Notes under the pieces: generated by a model | What the model was told of the DNA's origin: nothing | What the model saw: only the letters and a program-made list of their open reading frames with translations | Database searches by the model: none | Shown: positions 1 through 12,600 of the stretch, one piece after another | Position numbering within the stretch: the first letter of the stretch is position 1 | Layout: the number at the start of each line of letters is the position of its first letter | Program-made: the position numbers and the translations under genes | Assembly: GCA_965235115.1 (NCBI GenBank) | Contig: OZ249436.1 | Location: 12,340,001 to 12,404,000, forward strand | From: Laetmonice hystrix | Lineage: Eukaryota | Direction of reading: 5' to 3' | Length of the DNA stretch: 64,000 bases

Positions 1-135
1 GATCTTTCACAGTAGTGGTTGGAAATAAATGTCCTCCCATTTCAAAAAGTCATATGTCGAACATGATATTTGTGTCAAAATCACTGGCTTCAGCAGCAGC
101 ATTGTGTTACTGTCCAGAAGTTCATTGACGTCACA

Positions 136-376
136 GAGTTGCACTAACGTTAGGATTGGTCCTATGTAGGACTGGGCCAGATTTGAAATAATTCTCCAAC
201 TTCCAAGACGAATGGTGAAGGTTTTCTGTTTAATTTCTAAGTGTCTTTTAACTAAACGAAGTAATAGAAACAGTCAATAGACATTTTTAGACTTAGTAAG
301 TTTGTAGTAAGGGTTTTAATGAAGGCTAAAAATTGGTCCTAAACTCAATTCGCTTCTAGGACCATTAGTGCAACTC
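136..376. mobile_element. Degenerate MITE with inverted termini
   Basis: GAGTTGCACTAA (136-147) is inverted against TTAGTGCAACTC (365-376). No coding capacity; TSD not resolved. Confidence 0.45.
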
Positions 377-730
377 CTCCTGATCTATATCTATTTGCGC
401 ATGTGCATGCTGCTGTCTGCCAGCAAGCGAGCGGACTGATCCTGAATCAGTCCAGGCTGGGATTGTCGGTAGGCTTAGAGCCTAGGGCTAGGCTAGAGGC
501 GGCCAAGGCGGGTGGGTGATGGGGGGGGGGGCAGTCCCACGAGAGGCTGGACAAGTACGCCTAGTCTAGGCCTAGCACAGACAGGGAGGCAGTGGGTCGG
601 CCGATGGTGAGGGCGGGCCCGGTGGTCGCTACCTTCTGAATTGTTCAATGCAGTAGACTCTATGTGCAGATCCATGGGGGGATAATGGCAGGTGGAAATT
701 TTCATCACACTAGTCCAAAAAACATCTTTG

Positions 731-888
731 CAGGCCTCGAATTACACGACGACATCGACGGCAATTGCCGTCGTGCCTTTCCCATGTATCGTAAATTTGC
801 CGTCGTGCCCTGGAAAAATCTTACATTGATTCTTATGTATCGACGGCAGTTTTTGCCGTGCCCCTTTCAACTTCTAATTCGAGGCCTG
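731..888. mobile_element. MITE with CAG..CTG termini and 6-bp TSD (hAT6-like)
   Basis: Perfect 14-bp TIR CAGGCCTCGAATTA / TAATTCGAGGCCTG, flanked by TCTTTG on both sides (725-730, 889-894). Confidence 0.8.
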
Positions 889-965
889 TCTTTGGCAAAG
901 ATATCTTTTGATATTGAAACCCACCCCTGGAATGCCAGCAAAATAACCACTGTTCCAGATAACAC

Positions 966-2130
966 GTATACGTTGGCCCAACGTTGGCATTTGGTTGGCA
1001 CTGTCACCACCATCGCGGTTGGAACATACACGTTGCCCAATGTTGGCAGTTAGTTATTACTATTGCCATCCTGTCCCAGTTGGAAAGAACTACTTGGCCC
1101 AACGTTGGTACATATAGTCAACTCTGTCAGCACCCTCATAGTTGGAACCTGGTTGGAACACCCACGCTGGCCCAATGTTGGCATTTAGTCGGTACTATCG
1201 CCACCCTCTTTGCTAGAACCCTGTTGGAACATCCATGTTGGGCCAACATTGGTATTTAGTCAACACTTTCGCCACCCTCTTTGTTGGAACCCGGTTGGAA
1301 CATGTCACGTTGGCCCAATGTTGGCATTTAGTCAGTACATTGCCACCCTATTTGATGGAACCCGGGTGAAACACCGATGTTGGCCCAACGTTGGAATTTT
1401 GTCAGCACTGTCGTCACCCTCTTTGTTGGAACCCGGTTGGAACATCCATGTTGGCCCAATGGTGGTATTTATTCAGCACTGTCGCCAGCCTTAGAGTTGG
1501 GACCCGGTTGGACCACCCATGTTGGCCCAACGTTGGAATTTAGTCAACACTGTCGCCACCCTCTTTGTTGGAACCCGGTTGGAACATTCATGTTGGCCCA
1601 ACGTTGGTATTTGTTCAGCACTGTCGCCAGCTTTGGAATTGGGACCCGGTTGGAACACACACGTTGACCCAATGTTGGCATTTAGTCAGTGCTATTGCCA
1701 CCCTCTTTGTTGGAACCCGGTTGGAACATCCCTGTTGGCCCAACGATGGAATTTGGTCAACACTGTCACCACCCTCTTTGTTGGAACCCGGTTGGAACAC
1801 CCACATTGGCCCAATGTTGGCATTTAGTCAGCACTATTGCCACATTCGCTGTTGGAACCCAGTTTGAACACCCATGTTGGCCCAACGTTGGTATCGAGTT
1901 AGCACTGTCACCAGCCTCTTTATTGGAACCGGGTTGGAACACCAATGCTGGTCCAACGTTGGTATTTGTTCAGCACTGTAGCCAGCTTTGGAGTTGGGAC
2001 CCGGTTGGAACACCCATGTTGGACCAATGTTGGTATTTAGTCAGTACTATTGCTACCCTCTTTGTTGGAACCCGGTTGGAACACCCACGTTGGTCCAATG
2101 TTGGCATTAAGTCAGTATTATTGCCACCCT
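966..2130. repeat. 71-bp tandem satellite, about 16 units, built from GTTGG/CCAAC palindromes
   Basis: The GCCACCCTC-like anchor recurs at 1200, 1271, 1342, 1413, 1484 and 1555, exactly 71 bp apart. Units contain CCAACGTTGG, GTTGGCCCAAC and AACCCGGTT. Confidence 0.95.
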
Positions 2131-5000
2131 CAGGCGGGCCCACCCTGCCCCCCCCCCCCCCCATCCCCATTTTCCAAACTCTTTTTTATGTTTCATGCGA
2201 AATAAAAGAATTTTGTTGAAAGATTTGGGAAAAATTTCTACTCTCTATACATGAACATTCAGAAAACACGTCTCTGGCATTCCTGAAAAGAAATTCTGGG
2301 GGAGGGCCCCCACCCCCAAAAATGGGTCACCGATTATCCATGGTCAATTCAGAAAGTTCTACTGGGAAAAAAAGAAAAATCGGTTGCGGAGGGGGCTAAA
2401 GCCCCACCCCACCCCCATACACCGCTAACAGTGACAGTGTTACAACTGAAGGTGTACCGTAACTAAAGGCCCTGATCCACCAATGACGAGTGTTCACGAC
2501 AGTTGGCGAGTGGAGTCGCCAACTGTCCCCAGACACTGCATCCACCCTGCTTCGCGATACTTCCTGACTGCAGTCGCGAACACTCACCAAAATTAAACAT
2601 GTTGAATTTTATCGCGAACGGGGGGATCGCGAATGCATGAATGCTGATCCACTGAGGAAGGTGCTTGACGACTCACTTCTCACCATTCACTTCTATGTTA
2701 AATTTTCGACGTCGTTATTTTCGACCTTTAGTAAAACCGGCCCCAGGGCCTTTAAACTTTAAAGAATTAAAGGGTAAAGTCAAGACAGTACTCAGTACAG
2801 TTTACTAGATCCAGTTTGTACTCTACTAACTAAACTAGTCGTACTCTCTTAGCTTTGAATTCAACTCATCAAAACACCCTCATGAACTGGGTGGACTTGT
2901 ACTTCTGTCTCAAATGGGCATTTTGCACAGGCCAACTTGTCTTCACCGAAGCTCGCCGGAGCCAAACAACGTGAACACAGCACTCAGCAGCACTCCGCAT
3001 AGGACCCGCCGATCCCCGACGCACTGCCGTCGGTCCGTCGATCGCATCTGCCTTGCCAAGCTGAATCTGAATGAATGAACTAAGCCGTTCCCTCTCGGTT
3101 TACACCTATGACGCATGAGCAGTGTTCTAAAACCTACCTTCACAAAGCAGTGAATGGATTATCACACAAAACAGCACAGATTTCATTGGTAGATCCATGT
3201 TCCTTTTCGAGTAACATAGGTTTCTTCATCTACTAACCGCTACGTTTGGCGCGTACAATCCCACTGGTCTCATGCTGGATGTTGTCCGCAAGTTGAGGGT
3301 GGTTGAGTGAAATTTCATACTAGACTTTCGTATGATACAGAATTTGGATTCTTCTAGATCTACGCATCTTAGCTGATATAAACACCCTTTTTGACCGTAA
3401 TCCGTTATTTTTTGTGAGTATACCACATGAATGACCTTTCTGGGAGCATTAAATACGAGAATAAGCTTAGGGTCAATCATCGTTAGTTCCATAGATTGCC
3501 ACCCGGGATTCCCAGTGGGTTCCCGCCACACCGCTGAAACCGCCCATAACCACAAGGTGGCACTGGCTACTTGCTGCCTCTCGTGATAGACCGCTCTATG
3601 CTTGGAACAACGGTGCTTGGGTCAAGCCTTGAAAGAACCATTTACGTCTATGCAATTAACAGAGGGGGGTCGATCTATAGAAGGACTTTATGACAGTTCG
3701 AGGAGGGAGATGCGCGAGTTGGTCTGTATAGGTCTGTAGGCCTACGGTACCAAAGCTTTTTCTCTCCAAAAATAAAAAGGAACTTTTTCGGAAAGGTCGG
3801 GGCCCCTGATGTTGCCAAGGGTCGGGTGGCATATAGCCTTAGGCCTATAGCAAGAATAGTAGAGTATCTATTCCACTATTCTTGCTTATAGGCCTACCCC
3901 CTTGGTTTCGAGCCTTTTAGCTTAGGCCTACTTAGGCTATGGTAAAATATGAAAGAGTGTCAGTTGTTTGGAAACACGCGTCCTGTCGGTTGATTAAAGT
4001 AGACAAGAATCGAACATCGCTATTTCGATGCAACTATCTTTGAGAGTTAGCTAAATATATCTAAAATATAATAAGCAACCTTTAGAAATATTGTAACTGA
4101 ATTTTTTTTTATGTTGTTGCCACTTTCTTGGTCTCTGTGTTATCCGGCGGGAAATTCAAACACATGAACTTTTAGTTCTTCATTACTGCCGCTAGGGGGC
4201 CAAAGGACGTCTAAGATTTGTAATACTACTAGGTTAACACTAGATGGCGCCATAGCCTTTGCTTCTAAGGGGCCATGCCCAGGCAGAGAGAGGCCTACAG
4301 AGACGACCGGTGTAGGCTATAGGCCTACATAGGCCTATAGCCATCATAATCATATATAAATGAGGGAGATATATAACGGCCGCATGTTGGCTACAGTGAA
4401 CAAAAGCGACAGTAAAAAGTGTTCACTTTATTTGCTAATAAACTTGTATGTTTATTGTGAATTCAGACAAAATATAAAAAAAAAGATCCCCCATTCAATT
4501 CACATTTTATGCGGGGGGGAGGGGGGCGGGGGTTACACACGCTACTACCTGTTTATAATGGCGGTAAACGGATATTTTCTTTTACCGAGGAGAAAGAAAA
4601 TTTGTAACAAAAATTATTTTTTTTAAACGTACTCTATAGGCATAGATGTGTACGGCCAAACTCTCCGAAATTCTAAACTCAGCTGGCATAAAGGACAACA
4701 ATCCAGGCTAGTTATGTTACCAACACACTATAACTTCATGAACCCCAAGGAAATCCAGATTGGAAAAGGGGGTCATGCATAATATGGTCAAATGTGTGAC
4801 CATTTGTTCGCAATTAACACAAATCAAAAACATGATTTTTGATTAGGCCTAGGCCTATAGATGTTCTAATAGCAAACGGCATGTTTTGTCAGAACAACAA
4901 AATATAGTTTTGCACGGTTTTAATTCCTTTTTATAAGTCTATAATTTGAATATTATGGCCTTATAAAATCTGGGACATCAAAATCTAGTTTTGAGCTCTC

Positions 5001-5187
5001 CAGGCGCGGATCCAGAAATTTTTGCAGGGGGGGAGGGGGGGGGGGTCCAGAAGATGCGAGCCGCCGGGGGATGGGCCAATGGTCTGGGGCCCTTCCCCGA
5101 TAACATTACAAAAACCTAAGTTGGACCCGAGCAGGGGGGGGGGGGGGTCCGGACCCCCTGCCCCCCCCCCCTCTGGATCCGCGCCTG
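5001..5187. mobile_element. MITE with 5-bp TSD (hAT5-like)
   Basis: 16-bp TIR CAGGCGCGGATCCAGA / TCTGGATCCGCGCCTG; TSD CTCTC (4996-5000, 5188-5192); internal poly-G and poly-C tracts. Confidence 0.85.
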
Positions 5188-5518
5188 CTCTCGGTAATCA
5201 AATTTCCTGGATCATAGACCTAGCACTCTAGGCCTACACCCCGTCGCCCAAGGGGTGTAGGCCTCCACGTAAGTCTCCTGTGAACATCCTTAGGCCTATA
5301 TCTTGCTGCAGCCAGAAAGTGTAACAATCGAACTTTTGACTGTAGGCCTACTAATGCATCTTCGTACAAAAAAGGAAAATCTAGAGGGGCAAGCCCCCTG
5401 GATCTCCACTGATAGGCCTAGGCCTAGATCTACATTAATTTTGATCACAATTAGGCGCTAATTTAAGGTGCAACAATGCTGAGAAGCCGGGGGAATAGGC
5501 TAGCATAGGCCTATCTGG

Positions 5519-6169
5519 CAGTGGCGGATTCATGCGGCGGGGGGGGGGGGGGGGGGGGGTTCGCCCCCCTCTATTTTGCAAACTCTAGCCAGGCTCAGCT
5601 ATTTTCTGTTTCATGCGTAAAAATGAAAGATTTGGGAGAAATTTCTACTCTATAGCAGGGGCGTAGGAAAAGGGGGGGCCAGGGGGGCCATGGCCCCCCC
5701 ACTTTGAAATGAGGGGGGGCCAGAGTATCTTTTGGCCCCCCACTTTTTCCCTCCCCTTGACTTTTGCCATTGGAAGTGTATGGAAGGGGGGGAGGGTATT
5801 TTCTCATATTTCAGACCTTATTTTGTGCTCTAAGATGCACCAAATGTCACCAAATTACACTATAAATTTCAAAATCTTTCGGGGGGGGGGCATGCCCGGA
5901 CCCCCTAGCATGGCTTCGCGCCGTCGGCGGTCGACCAGTCCCCCCGCCAAACTGTAATCCCCCTCGAAAAGTCCTGCGCATGGCCCTGTTGCCCCCCCAC
6001 TTTTAAAGTGCTTCCTACGCCTCTGTATTAGCCTAGGCCTACATGTTCAGAAAACACGTTCCTGAAAAAATTCTTGCCCAGGCCCAGGCCCCATGAAAAT
6101 GGGCCAATGATTATCCACTAAAAAGCAAAAGGTACCCCCCCCCCCTTTCTGAAATTGGATCCGCCACTG
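5519..6169. mobile_element. MITE (CAGTGGCGGAT..ATCCGCCACTG) carrying a nested MITE at 5656-6025
   Basis: Outer TIR at 5519 and 6169. Inner TIR CAGGGGCGTAGGAA / TTCCTACGCCTCTG. An uninterrupted relative of the outer element lies at about 2170-2340. Confidence 0.75.
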
Positions 6170-6396
6170 ATGGCCTTTTTATATTCCCACACATTTTCAG
6201 TCGGACGCCCCCCCCCCCTCCCCCCCCCCCTCCCGGGCGCGGGCATCTTCTGACCCCCCCCCCCCCCTGCAAAATCCGTCCCTGGCCAACACCACATATA
6301 AGAACCCCCCCCCCCCGGTATAATTATTATGGAATGCTCCCCAAATAAAAGCAACATCGCGTTAATGCCTTCTCCCAACCGGGTGTGACGGATGTG

Positions 6397-6465
6397 TGAC
6401 GTCAGGGTCACTGTTTGGGAAACCACTCTCGGACTAAACACGGTGTTGAGAACGGCCATAGCAAC
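6397..6465 (+). promoter_or_regulatory. Putative PKD2 proximal promoter: CRE plus RFX X-box-like site
   Basis: TGACGTCA at 6397-6404 and CCATAGCAAC (RFX half-site) at 6456-6465, about 200-270 bp upstream of the ATG at 6666. Confidence 0.4.
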
Positions 6466-6665
6466 CTGGAACGCAGTTCTAGAGAAGTTTCGGGCCGGCT
6501 GGACGGCTAAAACGTCCTCTATTTATGACAATATAGGATATTATACTATATATAAGAACGTTTACGCAAATCCGAAAACTCTATAACCGGCGATCGGGGG
6601 TTGAGACCTGATCTGGCACTTTGCAAAGTGTTTACAAACTGCACGAAGTAGTTTGGTGGGCTGAC

Positions 6666-9600
6666 ATGTCTTCAGGAGCAGGAGGAAATCGCCTCGGATC
6701 TGCTACAAGCCAGCGTCCACAGTCCGCCAATTCTCGGTCAGCTTGGGGCTATGAAAATCATGGCCAAAGTTCGGATCCCGATGATATGGTCGGTGCCATG
6801 GACAGTGAAATGTACCTCAATGATGGAGGGGCGGTGACCAATGACCAACCTCCTGTTCAAGTCAAGGAAGCTCCGCAAGGATGCTGGTACAAGTTCAAGA
6901 AGGGTGTGAGATGTAAGTACATTTTTCATGACATAGCCGATAGCCTAGGTTGGTATATGAATGAAGAAATATTGCAAATTCTAAAGTATATTAGATCCTC
7001 GTCTTAATAAAAACTAAGTGTTTACACAAAAAATATTATAACTGGGCCTAGGCTAGTTACTAAATAGTATTAGTCCTAGATAAATTAAATAATGATAGGC
7101 ATAATAGATCTATGACTAGATCTATACTGGTACATTATAACTGGGCCTAGATCTAGTCCTAGATAAATTAAATTATATAGGCATAATAGATCTATGACTA
7201 TGTATACATAACATAGATCTAGGCAATTAGTACAAGAGCGCCAAAGCCGAAGGCGCAAAGTCTGCAAGCGCCGAAGGCATGAAGCCTAGCTAGGGGGGGT
7301 TGGGGGCATTCCCCCAGCCAGAGTATTTTGAAATTTAAGGTGTATTTTGGTGACATTTGGTGCATTTTGGAGCACAAAATAAGGTCTATTAACTCGATGG
7401 TTCTATGCCTACTCTGCGGGAGATTTTGTGAGCGGGAGATTAGTGAGCACTGAATGTGGGTGTCACCCGCACAATGCGGGAGAGTTGACAGCCCTGGGAT
7501 GCATTCCACTAAGCCCGAAAGACATCTTTGAAATGGTCGCTGAGCCCAAAGAGGTCTTTGCGGCAACGGGTGTTCCACTAACCTTCTATTCTTTAACATT
7601 GGCCCCGCAAAGACGTCTTTCCAAAGACGTCTTTGCTAAAGACGTCTTTCGTTAGTGGAACGGACCCCTGGTGTTCTAGCTATAGGCTTTTGGCGTATCG
7701 GCCCAATACGCTGAGTTTTAGCCCAATACGTGAAGCAGTGTGCCACCTAGATTAGAATTTATAGTGACATCAGAGAATATCATTATTGTAATGATGCATT
7801 ATTTGTGAAAATGAAATGGAACCTAGACATTTGAAGTATTTGACAATTTAGACTAGTCGCTGTACAGGCAGCTTATCAAATGTTAAAAGAAGATGAGCAG
7901 CTTAATTAGGTATGAGAGGAGTTCATTTGACAGATTTCAGCCTTTTTGGGTCAGTGGGAGAGTGATGTTTCCACCTTTTTTCTATATTTTTGATGAAAGT
8001 TTATTCTCCTATCGTGTTGATATCATATCCTCACTTGCACAGATTTGAATGAATTTGTTTTAAAAGTATACAGAAAAAAGCTAGAACTATGGAATGTATC
8101 TGAAGAGAGAACTCTAAGTGAACACACATCCTATGACTTCAGCTGCTTATAAATGATCATACATTTGATTTGGTTGCTGCCCAATTTAATGTTTGTGCTA
8201 GGTAAAATACAAGGTTCTCCAAGAGGGAAAGTGGCTGATTGGGTTTGAGAGCTGGCTGTGTTTACAAGCCATCACAGCCAGCAATTGGTGGGTTTGCCCC
8301 CTGCTGCCTGTGCTGACTGGAGCCCCACCCACTGCTCCAGACTGTCTTTTTTTTTATGTGTGTAAGGCTGTGTCTATGCAGTGTTGCACATAAAAGAACC
8401 TTTGCCACAAGCAATAAGAGTAGGATGTAGTATGGGTGGGCCTGGTTCTCCTATGTACATGTCTCATCATCATTACCAAAAAAAAAGAGAGAAAAGGACT
8501 TTTTCCCATCCTGCAGTGAAGATGGCCAACAGTTGCTGAAAGGACATACTAATAAAACCACAAATCTACCATTATCACCAACACCTAAAGTGAAACTTGA
8601 AATGGAGTAGTAAGTAGGAAAACTTGGGAAAGAGAGTGCCCCCCCCCCCCCCACCAGGAAAATCATTCCATGATTTGTTTTGAATGGCATTGAAATACTC
8701 AAAGTTCCAGATAGAAATAGCCTTAACTTAAGGGCCATATTGCACTTGCAGCCAACCGATAATTCATCAGAAAGTCTATAATCAGTAATCATTCGAACAC
8801 CTACTTTTTGCTAAGTCATAATATTATTAATGGTATAATTAATAAACAGCCATTAATTTTGACAAAATGACAGCTTCCAGTCCTAGCTTCCAAAGTGCAC
8901 CCCAAATCAATGTCTCTATGTACTCTTGTGAATTAGATCAGTGGGGTACAGATAATGGAAGTGTGGGGACAAGGACTGTTCGAGGTGTTGTCGGTCATTC
9001 TCAGCCATGTTGCCGATAACCAGCCTGTCACATGTTGTATAAAATTATAACAGTAGTGAGCCTGAGTCCAACGCCGATTGAAAAGGTAGCTAACTCTGAC
9101 CTAGTTACAAAGATTGTTCGGGTTGGCACTCTGTCCATGTTGAGTAAGATGACTGCTGAGTTGCTTGAGCAGGCACAATGATGGCAACAGAGCACAGGGC
9201 ATTGTTCACTCATCTGCACGTTTAGGCAATTTTTTTAGAGTTCAGAATATAAAAGGGGGGGGGGGATTAAACTATTGAATAAGACCTCCATTATCGAGTG
9301 CCCTTGTTCCAGAAGTGGACCTGTTGCTGTTGCTCCAGGTCCTGGATGTGATTGTTGCATAGTGTTTGTAAAAAAGTGCCAGTAAACTGTTGTCAGTGGG
9401 ACATAAACGGCCTGCCTAGTTATGGGTCAGTATAGGATGACACGGTCACAGCGCGGCTGTGTCGCTGTTGATCCTCTCCTGTCTCAAGCTGAACAATGGA
9501 GGGTGTTGTCCCGGCCTCGTACACGACAGAGAGGGCTCTGTCATGTGTGACAGCAAGCAACTAGAAGGGACTCGCACTGTGTAACCTGGAAGACACGTAT

Positions 9601-12600
9601 GTGCCACAATGGAGCCACCTTTCTGGTCTAGAATGCTCATGGACATGCAGTAATTGTGGTGGAAATGCTAGCTCCCGCTGTAAGGTTTTTGTGTTGTAGG
9701 GACAGAAGTTTGATGTCCCATTAAACTCAACAACTGCTCTCATTGTTCAATGACGAAAGAAAGAAAAAAAAAGTAGGCAAGCCTGGTAATAAGAATGTAG
9801 GCTTGTTGCTTGAGAAGCCACCATTAACTTTTAACTTAGTGATTGTACCAGTAAGTGTGAGTCTGGCTGTACTGTAAGTGTACAGAATTTTTACTGACAC
9901 AGTTGGTAAAAGACAATAAATAACAATTTAGGACTCAAAGATTGCAGGTTTTGGTGGTGAAGGATTGCAGCCCTGTGAGGCTGTATTATGATATTGGGTA
10001 GAGTTTAGCAGTGCGATTAATTCTAATTTTGGACAGTGTCACTGTAAGGGATCCTTTGGTATTGCTGGCTTTAGCAGAATTTAATTACAGTACGTCCCTA
10101 TCGGATGCAAAATGACGTTTTCATTCGCAGCTTTCATGTGGCTCAAGGTCACTGTTAGCCACCTGCACCCCTAGCACATACCTGGGCATGCCCCATATTT
10201 CCTCGCTCTGCCCAGGAAAATGACATGATAAGGGGGCCAAGGATAATGTCACTCTGCTGGCTTATTGTTAGTAGGAGGACCATTTGTTGCGGCCTGCACA
10301 GGCTCATGCTGAAAGGTGCGACTTTAAAATTAGAAAATATTGCAGTCCAAACCATGCCAGTCCGTGCCAAAACCATTCAGATTTAAGTACCATAGTGTCA
10401 CATCTTGCTAAAATATGTTTGCCTCTCTGAGTGGCAAATAATGATCCAACTACATACATGCGTTTTGTTAGGGAGTCATTGCAAGCACAATATTTTTTTA
10501 GAAGCTACGTACATATGGAAAATGTGTACCTGGTAGATCTAGTTGATAATTCATTAATTGAGGATTTAATTAGCACGTAACTTAACAAATAAAGTGGAAA
10601 ACATGACTGAAGTGAAGCAATTTTTCCCTGGGTCATTTTGTACCGAAGTTCACTGCTTTTTAGGTGGTTTTAGGTCAGGAGAAAGAAAGGTAAAATAGGT
10701 GGCATTCAGATTTTAGAGACTGGGTACTACTAGTACTATGATTTATTTTTCTGTTTCTAGTGCTAAAATTCTCGCTGACCTTTGGTGGTCAGGATCCTAT
10801 CTCTGCAGAAGGTGGCATGTCCAGTGCGAGTAGAGTAACCACCTATATGCGAACTACTTGATAAAAAAAAATAATTTATGAGGGATGAAGTGATATATTA
10901 TTTAATTATACAATGGCCACCCAATTGACGGTATTCACCTGCATATTGACTGACCAGCATGAGGATGTTTCAATTTTTGGTGAAATTCCGAATTTTTGAC
11001 CATTAAATTTGATTGAACATTAGTAATGTTTCTGACGCTTGCTTCTCATTGACTAGAAATCCGTTACCATACTACACAGGATACATGAACTTTGTAAAAT
11101 ATATTACACGATGCAAGTTTGCCTCTTTTTCTGTCTATCCAGAATTTTTGGAAAATGTCAGCATAGAATATTGGAAGCAGGAACCTAAAGGGCATACTAT
11201 GGGCCATAAAAGTGTGCAACATGTATGTATGTGTACTTATATAAGAGTACTCGCCCTGAGTAGGCCTACATTCTGAGACAAAAATGAAAATGTAGTGGAG
11301 TTTTATTTCAATACTCAAGATTCTTAGTCTCTGCTAGGGTATTGAAATCTTTCATGTAAGAGCCTTATATGTTAAAAGCTAACTTAGCTTTTAACATAAG
11401 GCTCTTACCTGAAGGCTAAGTCACGACACAACACTAAGGCACCAGCCCGGGTGTTGAAGTTTTTCTATAGAGGTGTGCTTAGTGAATGCCTAGCTAGCGC
11501 CTAAGAACGCGGGCTATAGATCTAGCATGACAACACCCTTGTCTTGAAAGTGCTGTATGTAGTTCTGGTCATCTGAGTAGTGGAGACGTACTTTTAGGGG
11601 CGAAATTAGATTTAAAGAAGGTTGGTAATAGGGGCCCCCTTAAAATCAGGCTGGAACTGGATGAGAAGGGGCATAAAGAGTAAATGATGTAGCCTTAAAG
11701 GATCCCCTGTTGCATTGTGAGGGAAACGGTTTGATGAAGATATGCTATTATGTGTACCAATAGTGAGCGCCACAGTCTGGAGCAGTTGTTAGTCCTTAAT
11801 GCCAAACCTGGCCAAAAAAGGCCTGTGTTTGGTGCTGAATGCTGGCTATTGAAGTCCGCAGTGAGGATGACACAGAGCGTAATGTGATACAATTGTTGGA
11901 ATGCCAGCCTGGGGCAATGGGCCGTCCCCGGTTGACACTTCACCCATTGCCACCTTATGGAGGCGGTAAGATACAGAGCCAGGATATGTGGGTCAAGTAG
12001 AAACTTACATAAACCTGGTCTCTAACCACACCTTATCATCCACCTTAATGATGGTTCAATTTTCATTGGAAGGAAGAATGATAGATTTTATGGCCTATCC
12101 ACAAAATCCACAACATAGGGTACTTTAAGAGACTCACGTCCATCTTTCTACACATAATGCAATGTATGGTACTCATGTTAGGTGCTTCATCGTCTGCAAT
12201 ACTAAATAACTAAGTCTTACTAAGAACTGAATAATGTTCATGCCGTAATTTTTTTTATTGCTGCGTGCAGAGGGGGGGGGGGGACTATTTAGTTATATTT
12301 CTGTTGAGGACCTCAAATTCTAGATCATACATGTATGTAAAAAGCCCTAGAGATTAAAAATAAATGTTTTGTTTTCAGCACTCTGGGCAACCCGTCAAAC
12401 TGAAAACACGGGTGATGATCGGGAACTTCATGTGAAGACAACGTTGCGAGAGCTTGTAATCTATCTGGTCTTCTTAGTTGTCCTTTGCATAGGTAAGTCC
12501 AGGATATCTAGTCAATCTATTTACGATGTCATAATTTTTTCGAATTTGTGTTATATTTACTGCTATTATTCCGAACCACTTTTAACCTTGCGCAGTGTCT

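Noticed and set aside
966..2219. CRISPR-like array or repeat-protein ORFs
   Set aside because: Units are homologous along their whole length with no unique spacers and no cas genes. The 71-bp period is not a multiple of 3, so the ORFs are satellite artefacts.
2943..3555. Possible first exon of a minus-strand gene
   Set aside because: CpG-rich and promoter-like, but no recognisable protein or convincing splice structure was found.
8380..8460. Possible SINE core fragment (GCACATAAAAGAACC..AATAAGAGTAGG)
   Set aside because: No tRNA-like head with A/B boxes or tail was found; too short to support.
8738..9520. Partial matches to miR-92 (TATTGCACTTG near 8738; TTGTCCCGGCCT near 9506)
   Set aside because: The two halves are far apart and neither sits in an evident precursor hairpin.
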